Shown piece after piece: positions 35,054-47,529 of a stretch of DNA of 64,000 nucleotides. A program made the position numbers and the translations under genes. Positions within the stretch are counted from its first letter, which is position 1. Each line of letters begins with the position of its first letter. This DNA is from Macrostomum lignano. Taxonomy: Eukaryota. Under the pieces are notes generated by a model. That model made no database searches. It worked only from the letters and a program-made list of their open reading frames with translations, and was not told where the DNA came from. The stretch spans positions 60,923 to 124,922 of the forward strand of contig NIVC01002328.1 of assembly GCA_002269645.1 (NCBI GenBank), in the 5' to 3' direction.

Positions 35054-37605
35054 ATGGCAAGCAGGCCATTTGGCGGTGGCCGCAAGAGCACCCTGGTGCC
35101 AATCAACACCAAGGCAGCGCCGCCAGAGCCGGATTCCGGCCTAGGGACGCCGTGCATCTCGTCGGCGTCAACGGACTCCTCGTCCGGCGGCTCGTCCGGG
35201 CGACGTAGGCGAGCAAATCAGCCGCTGAGGACCAGCTCCTCGGATGACGACAGCGCCGAGGACACCAGCAGCTGCGCCTCCTCCACCTGCCAGGTTTACC
35301 GTCGGGCGCCGGGCTTCCTGGACCATGCGCACGCTCACCCGGTGCAGCAGCACAGAGCAGGTGACGGAAGATTCCAGACTTTTTTATTTTGTGTCTTTCA
35401 TCAGATGTCCCTGCAGTGTCCTCCATCAGCTGTCCCTACAGTGTCCTCCATCAGCTGTCCCTGCAGTGTCCTCCATCAGATGTCCCTGCAGTGTCCTCCA
35501 TCAGATGTCCCTGCAGTGTCCTCCATCAGATGTCCCTGCAGTGTCCTCCATCAGATGTCCCTGCAATGTCCTCCATCAGATGTCCCTGCAGTGTCCTCCA
35601 TCAGATGTCCCTGCAGTGTCCTCCATCAGCTGTCCCTACAGTGTCCTCCATCAGATGTCCCTGCAATGTCCTCCATCAGCTGTCCCTGCAGTGTCTTCCA
35701 TCAGCTGTCCCTGCAATGTCCTCCATCAGCTGTCCCTACAGTGTCCTCCATCAGATGTCCCTGCAGTGTCCTCCATCAGCTGTCCCTACAGTGTCCTCCA
35801 TCAGCTGTCCCTGCAATGTCCTCCATCAGCTGTCCTTGCAATGTCCTCCATCAGATGTCCCTACAGTGTCCTCCATCAGCTGTCCCTGCAATGTCCTCCA
35901 TCAGCTGTCCCTGCAGTGTCCTCCATCAGATGTCCCTGCAGTGTCCTCCATCAGATGTCCCTGCAATGTCCTCCATCAGATGTCCCTGCAATGTCCTCCA
36001 TCAGCTGTCCCTGCAGTGTCCTCCATCAGCTGTCCCTGCAGTGTCCTCCATCAGCTGTCCCTGCAATGTCCTCCATCAGCTGTCCCTACAGTGTCCTCCA
36101 TCAGCTGTCCCTGCAATGTCCTCCATCAGCTGTCCCTGCAGTGTCCTCCATCAGCTGTCCCTGCAATGTCCTCCATCAGCTGTCCCTGCAGTGTCCTCCA
36201 TCAGCTGTCCCTGCAGTGTCCTCCATCAGCTGTCCCTGCAGTGTCCTCCATCAGCTGTCCCTGCAATGTCCTCCATCAGCTGTCCCTGCAGTGTCCAGCT
36301 CCATCCTGCCCTGCTTACTTATTAAAGTAAACAAATCAATGCATTCTCTTTCGCAAAAACTTCTCCGAATTGAACTGGATAGGCGGCGGCCGTCTGAAGG
36401 AGAAGCGCGCCCTTCTTCAGCAGCAGCAGCAGCTTCCGTCCGTGGCCCCAGTAGCCGCCAGCGTTCCCATGCGAAGCCGCCACCTTCCCAAGTCGATGTG
36501 GCAGGAGCCGGACGAAGCCAGCTACAGTCCGGCCACACTGCTGCCGCGGCTGGCTCTGCACCGTAGCGTCGACGACGTCTCCGAGCTGGGTAAGAAGAGC
36601 GAACCTGATTGCCCATCCTACTTTTAGTAGACTTTGCGCGTATTTTTCGGCCTAATGGGCAAAAGCTTATCAAACTGATTTTTAACTGCAACCAAGGACC
36701 TGAAGAAACATTTTTTCTCTCATGCGTGCTTCTTCATCTGTCCGCAATTTACCCACAGGCCTAACCGGCAGTTCCCCGTTTAGAAACCGGTGCGCGGCGG
36801 GCGGCCCGCTTAAACCGCCGATTCGAACGGTGCTCAACTTGGATCCGAGCGAGTGCCTGCAGAGGAAACTCTTTGAGGTGGCGCTGAAGCCTCCGCCAGC
36901 CATTGAGCAGCAAAAGAAGCAGCAGCAGCTCCGGCCAACTGACCGGTGAGTCACTGGAGACTTCCTTCTTCATCTCTGGTTGAGAGCGCTTTGCCTGGGA
37001 TCCCTGTGAATGACATTGAGCTGTTCACCTTGAATCTCTGTGAATGATATTGAGCTGTTCACCTTAAATCTCTGTGAATGATATTGAGCTGTTCACCTTG
37101 AATCTCTGTGAATGACATTGAGCTGTTCACCTTGAATCTCTGTGAATGATATTGAGCTGTTCACCTTGAATCTCTGTGAATGATATTGAGCTGTTCACCT
37201 TGAATCTCTGTGAATGATATTGAGCTGTTCACCTTGAATCTCTGTGAATGATATTGAGCTGTTCACCTTGGATTTCTGTGAATGATATTGAGCTGTTCAC
37301 CTTGGATTTCTGTGAATGATATTGAGCTGCTCACCTGCGATTCCGAGAAAGCATCTATGATACTCACAAAGGATTTCCGTGCAAGAATGCAAAAAAATGG
37401 CAAAAACATGGCAACATCCCGCAGCCTGCAGCCCATAGCGCAGAGACCGCCAGTGGGCAGCAAGTCCAGCTTTCTATCCAACAATGATCCCTGCCTGAGT
37501 GACTGCAATAAATTTCCCTACCTGGGCCGGACAGGTCTGGCCGCGGCTGTGCTGTCTGACTCGTCTGACTGTCTGCACCAGCAACAGCCCCTGCAGCAGC
37601 AACTG

Positions 37606-37637
<32 letters not shown>

Positions 37638-37689
37638 CAGGGACAGCAGTCCCACTAGATTGCTCGCCGAGGTTGCTAAGCAGCTTTGA
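35054..37689 (+). CDS. Orphan low-complexity S/P/Q-rich protein, about 321 aa, 4 exons
   Basis: Exons 35054-35360, 36383-36589, 36759-36945 and 37425-37689 have GT-AG ends and compatible phases (1,1,2), totalling 966 nt with a single terminal stop. Last acceptor and start codon are less certain. Confidence 0.7.
35395..36300. repeat. 25-bp intronic minisatellite
   Basis: CCTGCAGTGTCCTCCATCAG(A/C)TGTC, about 36 copies. Confidence 0.97.
37005..37336. repeat. 34-bp intronic minisatellite
   Basis: GTGAATGATATTGAGCTGTTCACCTTGAATCTCT, about 10 copies. Confidence 0.95.
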
Positions 37690-40087
37690 CGGGCAAAAAT
37701 TGAGTCTAAAGTGAATAAGAGGCCACTAGAAAATGTTTTAGTTACTACTTATATAGGGATTTTCAGTTATTAGCTGAGCTTGTTCGACTTTTGAATAGCA
37801 GGAAGTTTTCTTAAACACGGATATTATTAGAAACACTAGATTTGTCCCTCGCTAAATTTCTTGCAAAATGCATTCAGTCTACTTCGGGACGTACGAATGC
37901 GCACGGCTTTTTAAATATTTAAGCCACCTCAGAAATTAAGGATTTTCACGAAAGGAACGCGCGCAACACGCAGTCGTAAATAATTTGTTATCGCGGTTTA
38001 GTCTTAATGTACATTGGCTAGCCGCCACCGAAAATGTACATGGCAGAGGGTAAGGCAATAAAACGGGACGGGAGCGGGACTTGGGTGGAGAGACTCTCCA
38101 CTGCAGCAGCACTGAGAGTCTCTCCACTGGGGTGGAGAGACTTCGCGTGTGGAAGACGCCGTCGGAGGGAGGGGTTTGGTCGATAAAATTAAGAGTCAAG
38201 CACGAAAGATACGAGTAAAAGCAAGGTAGCAAGGTATCTAATACATGTAAGCCAAAGCCCTAAGTCTAAAATCTAAATATTACAGATAATTTTAGTTTCA
38301 ATATAAATTTAGCCATAAAAATCTAAACAGACGCTTAATGGAAAGTAGTTCAGTGCAGGTATCAAACAAATGAGTTGGTCTAATCTATGTGTTTCTAATA
38401 TGTGGTACTCATGGCTAAATTAGCAACATATACTTTTTCTGCGGCCGAAATTCACTACATAAATAAAATAACGCCACGTGAATACTTGAGCAGGCTCGAC
38501 CATTAAGCATGTAAATGTTGCAAGAGAATCGTGTCTCATACACTGGTAACTCCTTAAAAATAGAGTGCCTTAAATATATATTTTTTCACTCATACCAGCT
38601 AGATTTTTATATAGTAGCTAGACAGTAGTATGAACCGCGTTTTTTTCAGAAACTTTCTTCTCGACCGATTTTTTAAGATATAAATGTATTTTAAAAACTC
38701 AATGCTTTTCTACTCTATCCGTCCAATCGATCACGTGACTTTGTTGATCTATTTTCAGAGAATAAAAGCCACCTTTTAAAAAGCCGTCCTAAATGTTTTT
38801 TTTACTTTTTATTGATTCTTTCTTGGTATTAACAACAGGCCAATTGTGATGCTCAGACCTGTGCAGATTTTTGTAAATAAAATTAACCAGATGACAGATT
38901 GCACTTTTAATTTACTCTCTGTCCTAACAAAGCATCCGTTGCTACTGTACATTATAAAGTGCACTTGTACTTGTACTTAATTATTGTAGAGGTTAAATAA
39001 TTTGTTTTTGTTCAACTAACTAAGCCGAATTTAAAGCCAAATTTTGATTTTTTAAAACCAGGATTGCTATTTTTCTTTTTTTCAGATTTTTTCGCTTCAA
39101 AAAGCCAATCGAGAGTTATTTTGAAATTTAACTCATCAAAACGATAATAATAACATTTTTTTTCGCGCCGATTAGAACAATTCGGCAAATTTCTGCTTCG
39201 CAAGAGAGCCGGCGAATCTCTCTGCTTTTCGCTTCGCCTATTTTTTGTTAATTTGCTTTCCATTTTTCCGTTTCGATGCCCCAGTGGCTGCAGTGTTATC
39301 GCTTTGTAATTCTCAGCTCATGCGGTCTGTGCATATACATGTACGAGTAATCTCTTCATTCCTTAATTTTGTCGTCTTAAAACGAGTTTAAAAATGATTT
39401 CCCCGTATAATTAACAAATAATTATAAACTATTTTTCTATGAAACATATTCATATTTTAATAACAATTTATTTATGCAGAATAAAATTAATTTTGAGCAG
39501 AATTAATCAGAATAAAAGATTAAAGACCAATTTTGACGGTGCAGAATTTTATTGATTAATCTTGGATATATTATGTCAATAGTTATAGCTCAAATGTAAG
39601 TCTCTACACGCAGTGGATGCGACAATTTGTTAAAACTTGATCCAAGTTTAGCGCGACCTAACAAACAAACAAACAAACACAAATTAGACTATCAGAAAAA
39701 TAACAATTGAAAATCGAGACAGAAATCATCCGGGATATTAAGTTTTTTGTTCTTTCGATCTCACCAACATTATAAATTGAATATTATATCATTACGTCGG
39801 CATACTAACAGTTATAGAAAAACACGAGGCAGAGAAATTTACAAAACAAATATAAGAATAGCAATATTAATATGGATATATGCACTAATATGATCATAGC
39901 GAATGATGCCGGTTATAAAAGTGTGAACAAATCATCTCAAGATGGCCGCATGCACAGGGTCAGACAGAATCAGTTTGGAGAGCTCTGCTACAACAGAGTT
40001 GAATTTCAAATACGCATTAGAAAGACAGCCGGTCTGACAGCGCAGACAGACAGACGCGTGAATTTAAATAATTATATTCTAGGCTCA

Positions 40088-40430
40088 TATAGAATTCCTT
40101 ACACTATGGGATTCCCCCTATAGAATTCCTTACACTATGGGATTCCCCCTATAGAATTCCTTACACTATGGGATTCCCCCTATAGAATTCCTTACACTAT
40201 GGGATTCCCCCTATAGAATTCCTTACACTATGGAAATTCCCCCTATAGAATTCCCTACACTATGGAAGTTCCCCCTACAGAATTCCTTACACTATGGAAA
40301 TTCCCCTATAGAGTTCCTTACACTATGGAAATTCCCTATAGAGTTCCTTACACTATGGAAATTCCCCTATAGAATTCCTTACACTATGGAAATTCCCCTA
40401 TAGAATTCCTTAAGCTATGGAACTTCCCCA
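40088..40430. repeat. 30-31 bp minisatellite just 3' of the DNAJC13 stop
   Basis: TATAGAATTCCTTACACTATGGGATTCCCCC variants. Confidence 0.93.
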
Positions 40431-40562
40431 ATGGAATCTCAAACTATGGTGCCAGTGCCAACTGCTAACATCAGCGCTAATATCTATGCTGCACTTCTAT
40501 AATTCAATAAAGTACATTACGTCATCAGTTAGGATCAGGTATTTAACAATCGGAATTGCCAA

Positions 40563-42507
40563 TTAACTAAGAAACGGATCCTTTGGCGGAGCTTTGCTAG
40601 CGGCCGGGCCGCCGCCGCCGCCACTGGCCGAGTTCAACAGGTAGCCGGCCACCTGGGGAGTGCCCGCCGTCAGGTAGCCGGCCACAGACGGCGCGTTGGA
40701 GATGAACAGGTCGTGCAGCTGGTCTTTATAGTCCTTCCACACCGGGGAAGCGTCCAGGATGGCACCGACCTGGGCGATGGGGACATTGGGAGGCTGAGTT
40801 AGGGATTCGGCGTTGGGACTGAGGCGATTCACGGTTGGGACTCAGGTGATTCACGGTTGGGACTCAGGTGATACACGGTTGGGAATCAGGTGATTCACGG
40901 TTGGGACTCAGGTGATACACGGTTGGGACTCAGGTGATACACGGTTGGGACTCAGGTGATTCACAGTTGGGACTCAGGTGATTCACGGTTGGGACTCAGG
41001 TGATACACGGTTGGGACTCAGGCGATTCACGGTTGGGACTCAGGTGATTCACGGTTGGGACTCAGGTGAATCACGGTAGGGACTCAGGTGATTCACGGTT
41101 GGGACTCAGGCGATTCACGGTTGGGACTCAGGCGATTCACGGTTGGGACTCAGGTGATTTACGGTTCACTGACTCACTCCAATCGGGACTCACTGACTCA
41201 CTGCAATTGGGACTCACTGACTCACTGCAATCGGGACTTACTGACTCACTCCAATCAGGACTCACTGCAAGTAGGACTCACTGACTCACTGCAATTGGGA
41301 CTCACTGCCACCGGAATCACTGACTCACTCCAATCGGGATTTCACAGCTCACCCTCTCCCCGTGCTGAAGCGACTTCTGCAACGCCTTGAGCGCATTGAC
41401 CACCTGCGCCTTGGTGGCCCCGGATTTTCCACCCGCTCCAGGCCGGACTGCAGCAATCCGAGCAGGTGCTGCACCAGGCCGCAGGTGAGCGCCTGCTCGG
41501 CAGCCAGATCCTCCTGACCCTCGGCCAGACGCAGCACAGTCTCGCAGGCGTAGGCCAGCAGATCCGGCCGCTGCTCCATGCCCCGCTTAACCGAGCGTAG
41601 GCAGTGGCCGGCCGACACCAGCGACCGGACGCAGCCAGTGTTAGCCGAGAAGGCGTGCAGCATCAGCAGGCAGGAGCGCAGGGCGCCGGCATCCTCAGAG
41701 GTGGCCAACGCGTCCAGTAGCTGGGGAAAATATCCCAGCTGAGGCAGGGAGTCCAGCAGGGCCGGCTGGGTGGCAACCAGACCAACCATGGAGGAGGTGA
41801 CCAGCTCCAACAGCTGGGCGTCGGCCTGTACACCCCGGCGAACCAGTTCAATCCACTTGTCCATCAGGCAGCGGGTGAACTCCTTGGGGTTGCGCAGCAC
41901 CCAGCCGGGGTTCTGCACAAACAGGCGCAGGTAGACTCCGCCAACGACTGGCTCGCCGCCCACGCAGTCATTGGAATCCCCGGCCGCGATGAAGGGCATT
42001 CGAAAGTCCTCAGGGATATTCCACTTGACGGCCGGGTCCAGCACCTGGCGGTGGTAGAACTCGCCGCGCATCCTGGCGACCGTCTGACTGACGTCGGAAC
42101 GAGTGTCGTCGTTCCACAGGAGCTCCGGGTTTTCCTGATTGGGAAGGCAAAAACCTTTGCTTACTACTGATAGTAATACTGATCTTATGTGATTTTAAAT
42201 GATTGATACTGATTAATCAATCTATTGAGTAATAATCCATAATTCATTTATTGTCTATTAATAAAACAGTCGATCAACAATCAAACAGATAGTCAATAAA
42301 CCAATCAATCAATCAATCAATCAATAATCAATCAATCAATCATTAATCAATCAATCAACTGAAATCATCAATCAATCAATCAATCAATAATCAATCAATC
42401 ATTAATCAATCTATCTATCTATCGATCAATCAATTGAAATTATCAATCAATCAAAAAATCTAATCATTAGTCAGTCAGTCAGTCAGTCAATCATCAATCG
42501 ATCAATA

Positions 42508-42540
<33 letters not shown>

Positions 42541-43644
42541 TCAATCAATCAATCATTATTCAATCAATCAACTGAAATCATCAATCAATCAATCAATCAA
42601 TAATCAATCAATCAATAATCAATCAATCAATAATCAATCAATCATTAATCAATCAATCAACTGAAATCATCAATCAATCAATCAATCAATAATCAATCAA
42701 TCAATCATTAATCAATCAATCAACTGAAATCATCAATCAATCAATCAATAATCAATCAATCAATCATTAATCAATCAATCAACTGAAATCATCAATCAAT
42801 CAATCAATCAATAATCAATCAATCAACTGAAATCATCAATCAATCAATCAATAATCAATCAATAATCAATCAATCAACTGAAATCATCAATCAATCAATC
42901 AATCAATAATCAATCAATCATTAATCAATCTATCTATCTATCGATCAATCAATTGAAATTATCAATCAATCAAAAAATTCAATCATTAGTCAGTCAGTCA
43001 GTCAGTCAATCATCAATCGATCAATAAATCAATCAATCAATCTGCAGCCGTACCAGCCGCGCAGCTGGTCTGTCTCACCTGACTGGTCTCAAACATATTG
43101 ACGGCCGTCTCCGGGGCGTCACGCATCGCGTCAACAAAGATGGCGGGCAGGAACTTGTTGAGGATGAGGCGAATCCGCGGCCCAACCAGCTTGTTGGCCG
43201 TCAGCTTGGCCAGCAGCTGGGCCGCCTGCTGGCGCAGCTCCTGATCTGAGGAGCTGCAGAACAGGTCCAGCAGGTGGATGATGACGCCCTGTACACGGAG
43301 TCCTTCACCAGGTCCGTGTGCGACATCAGCGGGCTGAGCGTGCTGAGCAGCAGGCCGTGGCACTCGGGCAGAGTCTGGAACAGCATCACCAGATAGCAGA
43401 GCACGTTTGCTGCCGCGATGTCCTTCACGCATTCCTGATTCTCCGTGACGCAGCTGATCACCTGCGGCGGGCGGGGTTGGTTGCTGGTGCAGCCTGTGCC
43501 TGTCTGTCTGTCTGTCTGTCTGCCTGTCTGTCTGTCTGCCTGCCTGCCTGTCTGTCTGCCTGCCTGTCTGTCTGTCTGTCTGTCTGTCTGCCTGTCTGTC
43601 TGTCTGTCTGCCTGCCTGCCTGCCTGTCTGTCTGTCTGTCTGCC

Positions 43645-43681
<37 letters not shown>

Positions 43682-46600
43682 GCCTGTCTGTCTGTCTGTC
43701 AGTCTGTCTGTCTGTCTGTCTGCCTGTCTGTCTGTCAGTCCCTCAGACCATCGGCTCACCTCAAGCGCCCTCTGCATGGTGGTGTGACAGCCGTTGAGCC
43801 TGAGCAGGGCGAACAGCAGCTGGAAGTAGCCGATGCACTGCATCTCAACCCCCGGATGATTTCTAATAACGTTGCGCAGAGCCTCAAGCGCGGCGTCAAC
43901 TTTAGTGAGGTTGCGCCGCTGGTCGTCGTTGAGAATCAACGTCTCCTGCTGGTCCCGCTGCATTGCCAGCAGCGAGTGCAGGTACTGGGCGCTCGTGTTC
44001 AGGTAGTGCAGAATGTCTATGGTCAAGCCTTTGGGATTCTGCGGTATCAGACGGGAGTTTGGGTGGCCCATTGGGATGCGTGGAGGTCACTAAAGCACTG
44101 AGATGTGTAGAGAAGGTCACTGAAGCACTGAGATGTGTAGAGAAGGTCACTGAAGCACTGAGATGTGTAGAGAAGGTCACTGAAGCACTGAGATGTGTAG
44201 AGAAGGTCACTGAAGCACTGAGATGTGTAGAGAAGGTCACTGAAGCACTGAGATGTGTAGAGAAGGTCACTGAAGCACTGAGATGTGTAGAGAAGGTCAC
44301 TGAAGCACTGAGATGTGTAGAGAAGGTCACTGAAGCACTGAGATGTGTAGAGAAGGTCACTGAAGCACTGAGATGTGTAGAGAAGGTCACTGAAGCACTG
44401 AGATGTGTAGAGAAGGTCACTGAAGCACTGAGATGTGTAGAGAAGGTCATTGAAGCACTGGAAAGAAAAGGTGAAGATTCCCCATCCAATGGTTACCTCC
44501 AGCGGATAAGTCGGCTGCTCATTGTACACTCGAATGAAAACGTCTCCGATGATGAGCTCCTTGCCGAAGATGCTGTACTGGAACTCGGTGCCCAGCGATT
44601 GGTCGCACTCGCCCTGGAAGGTCAAACACGAATTTAGTCTATGGGGCTGGTTTGGGGCGATTCTCAGTCTGGTTTAGGGGCGATTCTCAGGATGGTTTAG
44701 GGGCGATTCTCAGGATGGTTTAGGGGCGATTCTCAGTCTGGTTTAGGGGCGATTCTCAGTCTGGTTTAGGGGCGATTCTCAGTCTGGTTTAGGGGCGATT
44801 CTCAGTCTGGTTTAGGGGCGATTCTCAGTCTGGTTTAGGGGCGATTCTCAGTCTGGTTTAGGGGCGATTCTCAGTCTGGTTTAGGGGCGATTCTCAGTCT
44901 GGTTTAGGGGCGATTCTCAGTCTGGTTTAGGGGCGATTCTCAGTCTGGTTTAGGGACGATTCTCAGTCTGGTTTAGGGGCGATTCTCAGTCTGGTTTAGG
45001 GGCGATTCTCAGTCTGGTTTAGGGATGATTCTCAGTCTGGTTTAGGGGCGATTCTCAGTCTGGTTTAGGGGCGATTCTCAGTCTGGTTTAGGGGCGATTC
45101 TCAGTCTGGTTTAGGGGCGATTCTCAGTCTGGTTTAGGGGCGATTCTCAGGATGGTTTAGGGGCGATTCTCAGTCTGGTTTAGGGACGATTCTCAGTCTG
45201 GTTTAGGGGTGATTCTCAGGATGGTTTAGGGCGATTCTCAGTCTGGTTTAGGGGCGATTCTCAGGATGGTTTAGGGGCGATTCTCAGTCTGGTTTAGGGA
45301 CGATTCTCAGTCTGGTTTAGGGGTGATTCTCAGGATGGTTTAGGGGTGATTCTCAGTCTGGTTTGGGGCGATTCTCAGTCTGGTTTGGGGCGATTCTCAG
45401 TCTGGTTTAGGGGCGATTCTCAGTCTGGTTTAGGGGCGATTCTCAGTCTGGTTTAGGGGCGATTTTCAGGATGGTTTAGGGGTGATTCTCAGATGGTTTA
45501 GGGGTGATTCTCAGTCTGGTTTGGGGCGATTCTCAGTCTGGTTTAGGGGCGATTCTCAGTCTGGTTTAGGGGCGATTCTCAGTCTGGTTTAGGGGCGATT
45601 CTCAGTCTGGTTTAGGGGCGATTCTCAGTCTGGTTTAGGGGCGATTCTCAGTCTGGTTTAGGGGCGATTCTCAGTCTGGTTTAGGGGCGATTCTCAGTCT
45701 GGTTTAGGGGCGATTCTCAGTCTGGTTTAGGGGCGATTCTCAGTCTGGTTTAGGGGCGATTCTCAGTCTGGTTTAGGGGCGATTCTCAGTCTGGTTTAGG
45801 GGCGATTCTCAGTCTGGTTTAGGGACGATTCTCAGTCTGGTTTAGGGGCGATTCTCAGTCTGGTTTAGGGGCGATTCTCAGTCTGGTTTAGGGATGATTC
45901 TCAGTCTGGTTTAGGGGCGATTCTCAGTCTGGTTTAGGGGCGATTCTCAGTCTGGTTTAGGGGCGATTCTCAGTCTGGTTTAGGGGCGATTCTCAGGATG
46001 GTTTAGGGGCGATTCTCAGGATGGTTTAGGGCGATTCTCAGTCTGGTTTAGGGACGATTCTCAGTCTGGTTTAGGGGTGATTCTCAGGATGGTTTAGGGG
46101 CGATTCTCAGTCTGGTTTAGGGGCGATTCTCAGGATGGTTTAGGGGCGATTCTCAGGATGGTTTAGGGGCGATTCTCAGGATGGTTTAGGGGCGATTCTC
46201 AGTCTGGTTTAGGGGTGACTTAACAAACAAACCAACTAACAGCTCTGATTTCAGGCTCCGTTGCAGAGGCCCCACTCACAGTGCGAATCAGACTCTGCTG
46301 CTGGTCCTCCAAATAGCCCAACAGTTCGGCCCTGGTCGCATTGTCCCAGATTAAATATGGCGTCTGGCAATTGGAATTCAGCAGCTTCAGCAGCCAGCCT
46401 GGCCGCTGGTCCTGCATTCGGCGGCAAACAAACGGCGTGACCAGAGCCTTCAGCGACTGCTGCACTGACGGATTGTCTGGATAGCAGGCGCCGCCGTCGC
46501 TGCTGCTGTTGCTCGCGTCTGCGGCCACTGCGGGGACGTCGTCTGAGGCCTCGGCTCGGCCAGGCTCGCCCGAGTCGACCGCTACGGCCACTGTCGGGGA

Positions 46601-47495
46601 GGTGGCGACGGCACGATAGCCGGCCAGGGCGGAGCAGGCCCTGAGGGCGGCCTCGGCCAAGCGGTTGTTCTGCTCCTGCTGTTGCTGTCCTCCGCCCGTT
46701 CAACGCCGCCCTCGTCCAGGGTGTAGTCGTAGCCGAATAGCAGCGGCAGCAGGTGGTAGAGCGCACCAGACTGGTACATGTTCGTCTGCAGCCAGAAGTC
46801 CAGGCAGAAGGCTGAGGGGGCGGGTTTGTATCAGTTAGCTGCGATAAGAGTGCGCTGCAAAGTAGTGGAGCCCTGAATTGGTCTGCCCACTGGCTCTGTA
46901 TGATAACTGGCTACTATAACTATTCTGTGTAGATTATTATGCTTATTTTAGTACTTACTATTCAATTAAAGTAAATCAAAACTAAATGAACAAAAACGAC
47001 GACTACTACTACTGCTACTAGTACTACTACCACTACTACTGCTACTACTAATACTACTGGTACTACTACTACAATACTACTGGTACTACTACTACCACAC
47101 TACTACTGGTACTACTAATACTACTGCTACTACTACTACAATACTACTGGTACTACTACTACCACCACTACTACTGGTACTACTAATGCAACTGCTACTA
47201 CTACTACTACTACTGCTACTGCTACTACTAATACTACCGCGTACTACTACTACTACTACTACTACTGGTACTACTACTACCACCACTACTACTGGTACTA
47301 CTAATGCAACTGCTACTACTACTACTACTACTACTACCGCTACTGCTACTACTGGTACTACTACTACTGTACTACTACTATTGCTACTACTACTACTACT
47401 ACTGGTACTACTACTACCACCACTACTACTGGTACTACTAATGCAACTGCTACTACTACTACTACTACTGCTACTGCTACTACTAATACTACCGG

Positions 47496-47529
<34 letters not shown>

